A DNA stretch of 64,000 nt. Origin: Takakia lepidozioides (lineage: Eukaryota; Plantae; Bryophyta). The stretch is from the NCBI GenBank assembly GCA_030704615.1, contig CM060733.1, forward strand, positions 48,608,001-48,672,000, given 5' to 3'. This document shows positions 49,610-63,015 of the stretch, one piece after another. Both the position numbers and the translations under genes were made by a program. The notes beneath the pieces were generated by a model, which was not told the origin of the DNA, did no database searches, and saw only the letters and a program-made list of their open reading frames with translations. How positions within the stretch are numbered: position 1 is the stretch's first letter; every line of letters begins with the position of its first letter.

Positions 49610-51132
49610 CCTAAAACTGAGATGAAGGACTATATCATGGTGATTCAGTACACCCCCTATGAATTTCTTGAAAACTTCTCGGGTACCCTGAAAGTTATCC
49701 TACCGATTATTGTGGGTATTCAGTGGAACCACATGGAGATACTGAACTGGTGGAAGTATACTCCGGTGTGCCCGTGCAGAATCTTTCCATTTCTGATGAA
49801 TCCGAATGGTCGGAACTTACAGTTGACGTATGTGTGTATTGTACCAAAAATGAGGCCAATTGTCGCGGCCCTTTGCCTTGAGGGCAGGGGGTCGGGACAC
49901 AAGAGGGGCTGCCCCTGTGGTGGGGGCAGTGGCAGCGATAGGTATGGGGGGCTGAAGCACCCTTGAGTGCCCAAAGCACTCAAGGAGGCGGAGGCGCTCA
50001 CTAGGTGGAACCCTGCACACCGGGTTGCGGTGGGGGTGGCTCCACAAGGGGTGGTGGTAGCTTAGCGGGACTTAAGGGGGTGGCATAGGACTCACCCTGG
50101 GGCGGAGACCTCGTGGTGGGAGTCGTGGGGAGTCTTGGGACTCATCACGGTTCATAGGGGCCGTGGAGGGTGGGCCAAGACTCACCGCGACTCATCACCG
50201 GGAGTCGAGGGTGTTCGTGGTGGTTCGCCATAAAATGACATGGTTGTTTGTGAAACCCCCGCGGACAGCTACAGAAGTATATATAGGGGAGTAGTAACCC
50301 CGACAACGGTGCAAGCCCGTTGGTGACCAAAAACTAGTGAGTAAGCGAGCGAGCCGGAAAGCGACCAAAGAGTGGGGAGCTGTTCCGGACTGCCAACTAC
50401 CAAAGGGAATTCCACTGGTTCCAAATCGTTGGAGGGTTCTTTGGGAGATCAAAGGGGGACCGTTATGCCTCGGTGAGAAGCCGGAGTTCCAAGTTGGCCC
50501 GGCGGCCAGGTTGGGAGTTAGGCGCACGCATCAAGCGAGTAACTATGACTTGAGGGGGGAGCTTACCGAAGTGAGGTGCACGACACCAATGCAGCCGACC
50601 CGGGTGATCGGAGGTGGCTAAAGTATCATATTGGTGAGTACTCTGGGGATCCGAGAGTATACCCTGGCGATAAGGGTGTATACTTTGGCGATGAGGGAGT
50701 GTACTCTGGGGATACGGGAGTATACTCCGGAGATTCGGGTGTATACTCTGGGGAATCCGGTGTATACGCAAGGTACATAGCGCAGAAATCATTTGATTCC
50801 GCCGATACTTAAGATACATGATCTCCGAAAGACCCTCCACAGTATTGTTCTGGAAAAGAACTTAAAGCTGCTAACCCGGTAGGAATGTCGCAAAAATATC
50901 CTATTGGTGAATAATTGTCCTGATCGTCTGATTCAGGAGAATAGCTGTCAGGCTCCTCTGTGGATAGAATTGTAGAAACTGGAGATGATCGATCATAAAC
51001 TTGAAGTCCTTCGGAAGGTCTCGTCATAATAACCGCAGCTCCGCATTCACCTTGTGAGGAGGGTGAAAGCGTTGCCTTGTGACCAGTATGTTCCATCTCC
51101 TTCTCCTTCTTCATCAAACACGAATCCACCAC
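49610..51132 (-). pseudogene. RNA Pol II CTD-like heptad-repeat protein, interrupted by a solo LTR
   Basis: 50641-50766 on minus translates to [42 protein letters not shown], then YSPI*YF. It is in frame with ORF 50809-51132 across one TAA, and with ...AAL|ASFLVQY once the solo LTR is removed. Confidence 0.75.
49861..50585 (+). mobile_element. Solo LTR of family B
   Basis: TGTCGCGG...GCACGACA, flanked by TSD CCAAT; no PBS or PPT. Confidence 0.97.
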
Positions 51133-51189
51133 ACTGGAAGAATCATCAAGAACTCGTGCTCAGTTACAGACTGTACAGAATGAGACACG

Positions 51190-51585
51190 TGAAGAACGCG
51201 CGATCGCACGTATTTGGTCCACAGTTTTCCCTCCACTAACGTAAAATCCGATTTCAAGCAACAACGAGGTTGCTAAGCATGGCGAACAGATCCCTATCCA
51301 TGACTCTGCCAGACCTGTGGATCGATACTCGGCTAGTATTGTATTGTCTTGTGGTCCACACTGAATACCTCCTCCCATCATACATAAGAGTGACCATGTC
51401 AGCAGCACATCCAAGAATTATCATATTATATGTGCATGACAAGACTGATAAAGTGCGTCGTAAGGTTTTACTTGACATTGTATGATATGAACTAATGTCT
51501 TGCGAATCACTTTACAGTTTTGAGGATGCACTCATAGGTGTCCTCATCTATGTCTAGCTAATCATCTGGGTATCAATAGTAATGT
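51190..51585. repeat. Palindrome plus degenerate hairpin unit, paralogous to 63550-63990
   Basis: CGCGCGATCGCACG at 51197-51210; 51345-51580 aligns with 63715-63947. Confidence 0.8.
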
Positions 51586-52534
51586 GAGGTAGCCTATACT
51601 ATATGCGCACACAAATGCATGCATATGGAGGAATGTATGCGTGCATACAAATTTTAGATATGCATAGGAACAATTTTATATGCACAACACTTAAATAAGG
51701 GTACCCAAAAAAAAATAAAAAATTGTGATTCATCTAATCTTAGGGTCCATAGTCAAAATATCAAAGGATGGAATAAGAATATTCTATATAGAATATTCCA
51801 TATTCATTGTATTATTATTCCACATGGGTGAGTGTAGGAATGGGAGAGGAACATGTTGCTTTTATGGCTTTCCAACATGAAAAAAGGTCGAAAAATTAAA
51901 AAGTGACGAGGCACGGCTCCTTGTTAGATACAAATGGTGAAGGTACGGGCTCTTCCAATGGTGGGAGTCTAGTTTGAAGTTCAGAATGGAGCAATGCTAA
52001 GGGAATGCTAGGGAGCTTGACAATGCTAGGGAGCTTGTTACATAGGTTTTGCAGTATCTATATATCTATCTTCTGAAACATTTTTATTTTACAAAAACAT
52101 AATGTCCATCAGAGATAGAACCCACAACCTATCGGGTATCAAGCCTAGTTCATACCACTACACTACCCATTCAGACTTGAAACACTAATGAAATGAAACA
52201 CTAATGAGATAAAGATAGTCACCCTGTGTGTACATAACATGCCACAATACTCATAAGGGTTGATCTTACTAATGATGAAATTTGATAGTGCTGAAGTGCA
52301 TGTCGAACTTGCATTAAGGTAAAGGGATCTATGAAATGCAGTAGAGATCTATGTACAAACTATTACATAGATAAATCAAATGACAGGAAGATAACATGAA
52401 ATCTGATTTCAACACCATGTCATTTGCCCCATTTGTTTTACCTTACACTAGAGAGAAATACATGTATCATAAAAATAACAAAAAATTCGGACTGACAATG
52501 AGGACAATGTATTGTATATGTAATTTCTAATTAC

Positions 52535-55500
52535 CTACATAACATCATCAGCTGATACTTCATCATCCGTGTCATAAGCCTGTGATTCAGAGGCATACAC
52601 ATCCATGAAAGCCTCAACTCTACGCAACCTATCCACGGATTGTCCAACAATAGCTGCTCTTCGGTCAAACAACAGATCATTGGAAAGACCTACATCACGT
52701 TGTTGATGTATTGAATGCAAAGCTTGGGACTCGGCATACGAAGGTAGATAAAACGATGAAAGAGGACTTTGGGGTAGACTATCGTAGATGGTCCGCACAA
52801 TCCCATCACTGCATCACATACATGTATACTTATGTTAACAAATCAAATGGGAATGGTTTGCTTTGCAAATAATATAGAGATTGCAACAAAGGGAATGGAG
52901 GCGAGACATACTCACTAGGAAGTACTGCCGAGATGAAGACCAAGCTTGCGCGCCACCTTAGGAGCGGGGGGTTCCAACAAACTCACAGGACGTTGAATGG
53001 TTGGAGTTACCACAGATGAAACCAAAACGGGTTGAGTATTTTGAAGTGCAGAGAGACGTGCTGCATACAACGTCTGGTCCCCCTCAAGACCAAATACGTG
53101 ACGTCCAGACTCGCGGGCAGCAATAAATGTAGAACCTGCAGGAAAAAAACATGCAATGATGATATTATATCGGATAACAGTTAATGATCATGAATCAGCT
53201 CAGAAGATTTTAATTACAAAATGGAGACCAATGCAAACCTGTGCCAGCTGTGAGATCCAAAATGCGGGAGCCAGAGGTGAGCATGTCTCCAACAACACTT
53301 GCATGAAGGCGGGACTACGGTCTCGCGCACCCCTCCAGGCTTGTTGAGGAGTTTGCATGGGTAGTGCAACATCTGGAATGTGGTTGTAGATGGCATCCAA
53401 CTCAACAGGGTCTGCAAGGGGGTCCACAACTTTGCCAGACTCACGCAGTTTGAATAGTCCTCCTTGCTTGGTGAGGACATGGGCGTGGAAGAACATGGTC
53501 TGTTAGACGTGCCATTTCCACAAAAACAGTGCACCCGGATGGTTTAATAATATGTATGAGAGTAGGAAGATGAAACATCAAACAATGAGATATTGAAGAG
53601 GGATGATTTTTACCTTTCCTGTCTGAGTGTGTAGAGGGGGGTATTGATGCAAGTATATTTCCTTGATAATACGGAAATAGAGCTGCCCCTGGAGTAAGAA
53701 AAGAGCTCCAATGCAAAGAAATCATCGGAGCCCTGCAAGAACACCAAGCATCCATTGTCATCCAACAGGTCATTAGCAATGGAGAATGCATACTCCCAAT
53801 ACCGTTTATCAAAAGCATTCCAGGGAGGAACCTGTACACCATCCAAACAGCCCTGTACAGGCATTCCTGTTGGGCAGTCCACGATGATCATGTCCACAGC
53901 CACATGCACGCTTTTTCCATCCACAACACTAGACCAAGTTCCTGGCAACTGCAAACAACATACAGAAAATGTAGGAGTCAATAGCCGGATGATGAGGATA
54001 TAAAAACATCGAAGAATTCCTTACATTCAAGTTTGTTTGTTGGGGGAAACTCACATTTTTAAGAACTCCATGAGCTCTTTCAAGGTCGCATCAGGAGATG
54101 TACTTGAGGCCTCCACCATATCAATGAAATGAGTAGGCATGATCTTCATGCGATACATGCTAGGTGCACCACCAGAAAATGACACTGCACTGTAAGGATG
54201 TTCGCCTGCCTTTGGCTTGTTTCCTCGAGTAGTAGGTGCAGGCACTACAACCAACTGATTTGAAGGATGTGAAGAACTACCAATAGGACCAGCAATAGAA
54301 GCCACACCTGCATTGGGGGCCACACCTGCATTGACATCCGCACCTTTTCTTTTTCGTGATTTGCGTTTTGGTACACCCACAACGGCAGGGACCACTTGGG
54401 CTACAGCGTCAGCGGCCTGTGTAGCAATCTGTTCTGCATGCTCCAGATCAAGAACAGGGACTTCAGTGGAGATACCCCCTTCATCACTCACTGACTGCCT
54501 GCGAACACATTCCTTATGAAGTCCCATTTCTGCATAGGGGATAGTACCCTTGGGCATATCCAAATACCAACCCCCCCCTTCCCGGTGTTCCACACCCCAA
54601 TCTTCCTCAATTGCAGGTGTGTACATGGAAGCTTGTTGAGCACCAAACTTCCAGGCCATCAGAAACTTGGGCTCAGCCTTAAGTCGATCACTCGGTACAA
54701 GCACAAATCTCATGTACCTAAAATACAAACACATTCAAAGTTATTGTGGAGACAAATATTTATGCAACCTGTTCAACAATTGAACAAGCACATTAGAAAC
54801 ATGTATATCCCAATGTACTAGAAAAATACTTGAAGCATAGACATTTTTGACTTACAAGGTGTATACACTATCCATGTACAATGCAATGGAAAGATGGTAC
54901 CTGAATAAAATCCGTCTCACCACCTTCTCCCCACCTGTTTGTTGTTCCCAATCATTGCCTCTGAATGGCCCTTTGGCAATGAGAACTCTCTATGAAACAA
55001 CTCATTGAAATGTCATCTTCCATGTATCCATGTAGTCTCCCAGACTCTCACTCTCTCCTTCCTCCAAGGCAACATGAAATTGGCCAAGCTGAGTGGTGTA
55101 CAAGGCAAACTGAGCCAGGCAACTTGCGAAGCTGCCAGAAAATACAGTCAGTTAAATAACTATGTTAATGTGTCATCAACAAAATGAATTAATTGCATTG
55201 AGAAGATAGTGATTGTATATGTACCTGCCACCAAAAAGTCCTTCTATTCAGCCAAGGATCAAGTGTTGGCCCACTGATAGGCCCGGGTGGAAAAAAATTA
55301 CGGTCGTGAAGTGTTTGGTCTCCATTCCATATATGTAGCCATTCCACCTTTTCTTCAGGATCCACCGGGCGCAATGTTCACCATTTTCTCTTGGGTCATT
55401 TCCTCTGATCCTGCCTTTACACGTGACCAATGCAGTTTAAGTTCTTGGAGAAACCCCTCTCCAAGGGTTGGATCAGCAATAGGAAGCAACTTCACAAGCT

Positions 55501-56680
55501 GACTCTTGTGTTGCTCCCTTGCTTTCAATCCAGCCTGTCTCATTGTCTTCAAGGCCTCTTGACTCTTTGGCCCCTCAGCAGTTTGTAAGCTTCCCCCGCC
55601 ATGCGTTGGGCCTCAACAATATCATGCTGCCAAAAGAACCAAAACAGTTCATAACATGAACCAGAGGTGAATCTTGTCTATGGATGCAAAGAATGAAACT
55701 TGGTTAAGACATGATGTTACCTTGTACAAAATCTCTGTCATTGCATGGACTGTCAGGTTATACCAAGTCTTTCCTGCTTTCTTGATGCATTCGTCGTATT
55801 GCTCTTTCCTCAATACATTCTTCCATTCAGAGACAGGTGTAAGGCCAATCATATTGACCTTGCAAACCAAGTGCACAAATTTGGATGTAACATGTGCCCT
55901 CTCTGTTGCCCTGCACATATAAAATATGATCATTAGAAAGAAGATGTGTATATGTACATCCATTGAGCAAGAACATGACAACATTGAACATGAAAGTAAA
56001 TGAAGAATAGAAAGGAAACTCACACATTCACTCCATCCATGATGGACCTGAGGGAACCACGATTTTCAATGTCCGCATTGAGCACCCAACTTGTCACACA
56101 GACATGTCTTGACAAGTTGGCCCCATGAACTTCATTGATATAGGGATACCATGCTTGAAGCCTATGATTCCCATCCCAGACATGAAACATCTTCCCCCGA
56201 AGATGATGCAACTTTGGCTTGGACTCAAGATACTTCTCAAACTCATCATTGACTGTTTTCCAATGACTATCCCATGTAGAGATGATATCAGGACCTACAT
56301 CTATAGTAGATCCATCAATCCCCTCAACAGAAACATAGAACACGGCTGCTCCTGGATGGTATCCAGAATAGAAGTCTCCTCTAAGCTTTAGGATGTCGTT
56401 GGCAAGGGCGGGCCTAACAACCTGCATAGAAATCATGCGACACAATGGAATGTCCATAACTCCATCCTCAATGAGGAGGGACCTGAAAGTTACATTCAGA
56501 TCTTGTTTCTTTTCCAGAATAATTGCCTGTTTGGCATCTAGAGAAAGAGGATCACTAGATGTTGTATCCTCTTCATACTCATCTGCCCCCCAATTCCCTG
56601 CATCAATGTCGTCAATAATGGTTGCAAGCGTCCCGGCCTCCACAGCTTCAGTTGTAGTAGTAATTTCCTAATTCCATAGA
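52535..56680 (-). CDS. Multi-exon ParB/Srx-like domain plus beta-class N6A/N4C DNA methyltransferase-like protein
   Basis: ParB motif VWDGNHRL (56158-56181); motif-IV-like VDMIIVDCPTG (DCPT at 53868-53879) followed by LLDDNGCLVF; SAM-binding ILDLTAGT|GSTFIAARESGRHVFGLEGD joined across the GT-AG intron 53136-53238. Possible exon 1 at ~58069-58146. A few 1-bp frameshifts. Confidence 0.8.
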
Positions 56681-56869
56681 CCAAAACAGTTCAAGATGTC
56701 AGTGTATGAGAAGAGCACATGTGTGAATGTATAATATGTAAAAAGAGCAGTTCAGTGTCATGGTTGCATGAAGAAAACAAATGAATTTGGATAGTCAACT
56801 AATTCCATGAATATCCTTGTCTTTCAAAGCTTACAACTTGGAGCAAAATACAGGCGTGAGCATCCCGAC

Positions 56870-57985
56870 AGAGGACCTCCGACCACCTACGCCGGCGCAT
56901 ATGACACATATGTGCAACCAACTCAAAATTTGACAAGATTTGAGGCCCTGAAGAAATTTTTGCTCAAGGAGCTCCAAGCATATGCGCCGGCGCATACCAT
57001 GGAAGGGAGGTTGTAGCCAAACATACAGGAGCACCTTGAAAGATCAAACTAGGCCTATGGAAGCATGTGGAGTTGTGGAGGTGGCAACGTAGAAGCTTTG
57101 AGATACTTGAATACTGTGATCAACCAAAATAGGGAAGGTTCCCCAAGCGTCTGCGCCGACGGAGGTGGCAGCCTCGACACTTTGGAGCTTACGTAACACA
57201 AGGAATATACAACAAAAAACCAAGCTCCAAGCATCTCCGCCGGCGGAGATGCTTGCATGAGGTTCCTGAAACCTAGGAGCTAAGCAAAAAAGATTGTGCT
57301 CAATGGGTATGCGCCGGCGGATATGGCAGCCCAGCCGCTCGGAGCATCAACAACTTATGAGAATGCGGAGAAACAAAAGAGATGGAAGGGGGGAGAACTT
57401 CCTGAAATATGTGAGCAGCCCTGCTGCACGGGTCTGTGTTGACAGAGGTGGCAGCCTTGGCGCTTTGGAGCTTCCGTAACACAGGGAATATGCAAAAAAA
57501 ACCAAGCTCCAAGTGTCTCCGCCGGTGGAGACGCTTGCAGGAGGTTCCTGAAACCTATGATCTGAGCAAAAAAAATGTACTCAATGGGTATGCGCCGGCG
57601 GATATGCCAGCGCAGCCCACTCGGAGCATCAACATGCGGAAAAACAAAGAAGATGGAAAAGGGGAGAACTTCCTGAAACATTTGAGCAGCCCTGCTGCAC
57701 AGGTATGCGCCGGCGGAATACGCCAGCCCAACCCGCTCGGAGCATCAGCAACGTATGAGCATGCAAAAAAATAAACGGGATGGGAGTAGAGGAGCACTTC
57801 CTGAAACATGCGAGCATCCCAGCTCCAACGGTATGCGCCGGCGGAGGTGGCAGCCCAGCCCTTCCAAGCATCAGAAAAAACCAAGGGGAATGAGCTGTCT
57901 CCGGCGGAGACGGTTGTGTGTATGTGGAGATTCGCAAACTTGTGAGAGTTGAAGTGACTTAGGCATCTGCGCCGGCGGAGGTGCT
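56870..57985. repeat. Tandem repeat (~140/280-bp units) with about 11 CGCCGGCG-type palindromes
   Basis: 57220-57500 is repeated at 57500-57780; TGCGCCGGCGGA recurs at e.g. 57310, 57591, 57706, 57834 and 57968. Confidence 0.85.
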
Positions 57986-58431
57986 AGATTAAGAGCAGCT
58001 TGGTGGGGCTTATGCGATGGCGCATATGCCTAAGTGCAGGTCATGAAAAAAAACAAAACTACAGCTTACCTTCTCCGTCCGCAGCTTGCCTCTACCACCA
58101 CCACCACCAGCAACGCCTCCCCCTCGAGTGTCCTTCTTCCTCCCATCGCCGCAACAGCTCGTTGCCTCGGGGTGGTATAGTATAAGGCCGAGATGCGGCG
58201 CCTCCGTCTCCTCTTCGCAACGGGAGTCTCCAGGGTGTAGAGACTAGAGACGTGTTAAGTGCTTGTGTAGTTTGTGTGTGTTTGTTTGGGGGAGTGGCAA
58301 GGGATAATGTGCAAGTATACTAGACTACGTTAGTGTAGTAATGATACCGGGTTAGTCATGTAGTAATGGCAACAAGTTTAACTGAATAGAAACAGTTTAT
58401 TAACAAAAAAGTAGAGGTTGTTTCATTGAAT

Positions 58432-58500
58432 AGAGCATGGCTTGTTGGTAAGGTTGTGGTGTATTTTCCACAAGGTTGCGGGTTCAAACCTGCCCCGCCA
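58432..58500 (+). other. tRNA-like remnant (A/B box) between the divergent MULE genes
   Basis: TGGCTTGTTGG, then T-arm-like GCGGGTTCAAACCTGC, ending CCA; no acceptor stem. Confidence 0.4.
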
Positions 58501-59192
58501 AGGAGAGCGGGGAAAAGGGGGCGAAGGCTAAGGCCAAATTGGCCAAATCTGAAATGTGAACATTTTTTATACACTCTGGCGTTAGTGCTTTTTGGACTAC
58601 ATGGGTTACACGTGATCCTCAGAAGATGGTTGTACGATTGACATGTTACTTTTGGCGGCGCCTTCATAATACAATATAAAGTAAGTGATAAAGTAACTAA
58701 ATATTTTGTTATGGGTGTCTTAATCAATTTATTGGTTTTAGAGTCAATTGTCGCCACAAATACTTGTACTCATTACTCATACATGAGTAATCAAAGAACA
58801 AATCAACATACATGTCATGGGATTTGATTGTAAATAAATTGTGCCGTCTAGTGTGTCAGTTCATAGTTGGACGATTAATCAACGATTGGTTGTAAAATAA
58901 ATGGAAACATGCAGAGCATTTATGTTTCATATGCTCATAAGAAGAAAGCAGTACATTGGATTCTAAGATCTCAACAACGGCGCCGTCGTCGTCTTAAAAA
59001 TAGGGGATAGTCCATTTAGTTGTTTCTGTCAGAGAATAATATGGATGGAGCACATGCCTCAAAAAATTGGACCTTCTGGATTGATGATACACATAAGTAA
59101 TGTAAGCCATTTAATGTATTTGCATAAGGTCTTGCAAGATGTGCGCTTTCATTCATTTTGCATCTTCTCTCAAACTTTGAGGGCATTGCCAA

Positions 59193-61760
59193 ATGTCTAC
59201 ACCAAAATATGCAGTGCTTTCATGTCCACCTGATGCAAAAGTGGTTCGTTATCCTTGCAATGGAAACAAGTGCATTATCCCAGAACCTTGGTTATGCAAT
59301 AGATTCAAACTTGTTCCGGGTTCAGTTTTTTTGGAGGATGATGGAGATGATGATGCCTCCACAGTGTTGCTTCCAGTTTTCAATGACGGCCAAAAGCAAT
59401 GGGAGTTGTTTCCAGACACTTTCTCCAAGTACCGTGTCACAGGTACGAGCTATACACAGTCACATGATGAGAGGCACACTTCTATTGCAAGAAAGAACGA
59501 TCAAGCTGCAACAAATGGGAGTTGTAAATTGAAGGAGGAGGTTGCAGATTCGGCGAGCTTGGGGTCTCATAATTCGGATTGTGTTGAGGTTTCTAAGAGT
59601 GTATTTTGTGGATCTCAACCTTCCTCATCTGCTCATACGGTCTTGCTTCACGACATGAAGCCTCGGAAAACTCCATTGGACAACACCACGTCTGATTGTT
59701 GCGAATCTGCGAGGGGTTTATCTTCATCTCCACGACTAGCAGGGGAGGCTACATCTGCATTTCCTTCTGGTGTGTTGTCCATTTTGAGTATCTTGGCCAC
59801 TGCTCGGAGGAATGGATCAAAAGGAGAGCTTTCTACCTTGGACTATAGTCACATTCCAGTGCATCGTGTTTGGTGTCTTCCTCGAGCTTTGATGGAAAAA
59901 GTGATCCACGAACTCCCCCCCGTGGTCAAACTACGTACGGACCGTGGTTCACAGTCCCTCCAAGGCATGGACCGCAAGTTTGATGGTCATCCTTGGTGCA
60001 AGACCAATACCTACAATATGTCTGGTGTTCCAGATCATGTGAAATGTAGTAAGGTTCTTTGTGTTGGAAAGCTCATATGTCAAAGCAGCACTTGCCCCTT
60101 CTTCAAGAAAGAAGGAGAACGGAATGACCGCTATTGGGAAGGCAATGCAGACAAGGTGTTCATTGCAGAGCCCAAGTTCCATTCAACCAGTTCAAGTGTA
60201 GTTTCTGCAAAGAAAGACCTTTCTGTGAGGCGCATTGTGGGGCAAGAATGTACTATGTCACAAGTTCCCTTCCAACATACACGTGTTGCAGTTCACGTTG
60301 GGTTTCATAACCATCCATGTGCCAAGGGCGAGAATAGAGAGGCTGCGAAAATGCATCAAGCATGATTCAAGAGCACGTTAAGATGAAGCCATGGTCGACC
60401 CGGGAGCTATTTCCTTGTCAATGGCCCAAAAGCTCTTGATTGATCGAGTTCTTGTGGCTGATGGCACAGAGACAGTACGTCTTGGGAGAGGCTTTGGAAG
60501 ATATTCTTGAAGAGTTTGCCCATGTTTGTAGCCCCAATGTGAAAAACAAGGTCGCATCTGCACGTGTCAATTCCATCATGTCCATATTGGAGTTGAAGCG
60601 TCTGAGTACATACCATTTCATTCACAGCAATCTCCTTCCAGGCCAGCATATTTCTCATCTCCCCATGTTTTCAAGATGTCTGTTGCTGGTCCCGGGGTGT
60701 GGTGTTGATCTTGTGCGTCGCATGAGTGAGGGGGATCTACGCACAAGTTGGGTAGTATTTGACCATGTCAAACGCATCAAGGATTGGACAACTCTTGCGT
60801 GTCATGTCTATGAACCATATGTCAAGCGAATGATGACCATTGCCATTTGCGATATGAAAAAAGAGGATGCAGATGCTCAGGTGTTATTCTGGGAGATGAT
60901 CAATGAACAAGCAAAACTTGCTGGCTTGAACAAACCAAATTTTGCTGGCTTCATGGCGGATGCAGCAGGAGCGAATTGGGCTGCTGTTCGAAGGGTTTAT
61001 GGATCTGATCCCAATGTCCAATGGAAGGTAAAGAAAGAACATGTTTATATCATTGGGCTGAAAGCCTCCGAAGACACACCAACGACTATATCTTGGAGGA
61101 CTTCCGTGAAAGGCACACTCAGCTCTGTTATGAATGGAAAGATAGTGCTACCTTGGAGGATGCTACAACCACATACATTGCAATTCGGGCTTGGTGGCTC
61201 TCTTCAGGAGCATGCACAGAAAAGAGTCTGCCAAAACTAGATTCATGGCTTGCATGGTGGCACTACAGATATCGAATGTGGGGCCAATGGATGAGAGAGG
61301 ACATGGATGTGGAGGCAGATGCAGATATGCCTACCACTAATTTGTCTGAGGCAGTCTATTCTGCTTGGTGGAAGACAGCAGGCAATGGGAAAAAAATGAA
61401 GGTGGATCTATATGAGGCCACCATGCATGACATGTCACGAGCTCTTTTGCAGCAGGCAACATTTTACAGGCACACCACAGGAAAGACATGGGGGACGGGG
61501 CCCGACAAAGAGGAGCTCATGTTGCGTCAAGCAGCTAGATCTAATAGCCCAGCAAAAATGGGTAAGGTTGTACGTGGCATAGTAGCTGGAACACCCATGC
61601 ACACAAGGGGGGTTCAATTGGAGGGAGACAATCGCACTATTCCAGTCAAACGCAAGTTAGGCGATGAGCATGGTGGGCCAAACGAATCTTGGAGGTGTGA
61701 TATGAATGTAAAGACTGTTCCAGTGCGCGCCACTGGGATGCCCAGTCCACACCAGCAGTT
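59193..61760 (+). CDS. MULE-type DDE transposase with N-terminal WRKY/GCM-like Zn finger (frameshifted)
   Basis: CVGKLICQSSTC...HVGFHNHPC; catalytic D (VVFDH), D (FMADAAG), CxxH (CLYHW) and E (TTNLSEA) across ORFs 59193-60365, 60440-61240 and 61021-61830. Confidence 0.85.
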
Positions 61761-62040
61761 TCATATTAACCAAAATATGGACTTTTGTACTAACAAATGC
61801 ATATGTGTCATGTTTGGAACCACCACATAGCATGTCTGTTTGTAATGCCAAGCAGTTCTATAATTTGAAAACTTGTATGACAGGTACACAAGTTCCATTT
61901 TAACCAAAATAGGAACTTCTGTACTAACAAGTGCTATGTGTCATGTTTGGAATAAAGTAGTAACAAGATAATTACATGTCACATGCATGAAAATGAACGG
62001 CACAAGTTAGAGGTTCTTTTTTTGTGCATTTCATGTGTCA

Positions 62041-63015
62041 CTAAGAAGTTGAACTAGGGTCCTTCTTTAGCATAGCCCTAACCTCTAACTGGCTAAGGGA
62101 AGGTTGGTGGATCTCATAAGCCCCGGCGCATCCTAGATGCACGTTGTACATGAAGTACATGTGCTTACAAGGTAGATATGTTTGTTTTTTCTTCTTGACG
62201 GATAGCTCATCAAAGTCGGGACAATCACAAGATGGAAATTGACCAATGTATACATTGTAAGCCAATCCTGCTCTGGTAGATCCCTCTGTTTGTAGCTGGT
62301 AAATTCTCCCATAACCTGGCTGAGGCACGTTTCTGAATCCACGAACCTCAGCAATAAGAGTCTCCGCTGACTCTTGGCGACTCAAGTCGAGGAGTCGGAT
62401 CCCGACGCCGAATGCGCACCCCATAGCGTGTAGTGGGATACTTACCCACAGGAAGGACAACACCTTGATGAATATGTTGTTCCACTGGAAGTGGTCCCAC
62501 AGGAAAGTTCGGATCAGGAACGTTGGGAGGATGGACTAGTCGAAAACCTGCAAGGGTCAAGTTGTCCACCTCTTCTTGTGTAAGGTTGGTTCCAACCTTC
62601 ACAGGCCACACGTTAGGTATACCCGGTTTTCCCAAGCAATAGGATGGCACGGTCCCTCCAACACACGACAAAACATCTGTGGGGCAAAACCAAAAAACTT
62701 GCAGTTTTGGTTCTTTCATGTTCGGTGCTAGTAACTTGCCAGTGAAGCAAGGTGCAGGACTTCCTTTACCTTTCCTGATGAGCGCTTTGCATTTATCTTT
62801 GGAAACTTCAACCAAGGCAGAACAACGAACCATGGAAGCAGGACCTGTCCGCTGAATCCTGAACAATGCATCGGAAAAGTCTTGTGTCTCTCTCACTGGA
62901 TTTCCCCATTGCATTGGCTGAGGAGGGATAGCAACATGTGGATTTGTCTCACAGAAAGTCGAAGAACTAGGAATGTCATGACTTGATTTGGCCAGGGATC
63001 TTGTATTCTCTTCAG
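62041..63015 (-). CDS. SWIM zinc-finger module, likely the transposase C-terminus in inverted orientation
   Basis: YNVYIGQFPSCDCPDF...LPCKH (CxC-xn-CxH); ORFs 62348-62914 and 62041-62463 are linked by a frameshift. Confidence 0.8.

Noticed and set aside
50576-50812. Plus-strand ORF with GVYSGDx repeats
   Set aside because: It starts inside the solo LTR and is best explained as the antisense shadow of the CTD-like frame.
49560-51030. Hairpins overlapping the CTD-like ORF
   Set aside because: Some arm complementarity is visible (e.g. ~49715-49775 with ~50757-50810, and 50818-51027), but it is weak and partly due to GTATAC palindromes, so not called.
58432-58500. Functional tRNA gene
   Set aside because: No acceptor or anticodon stem can be formed.
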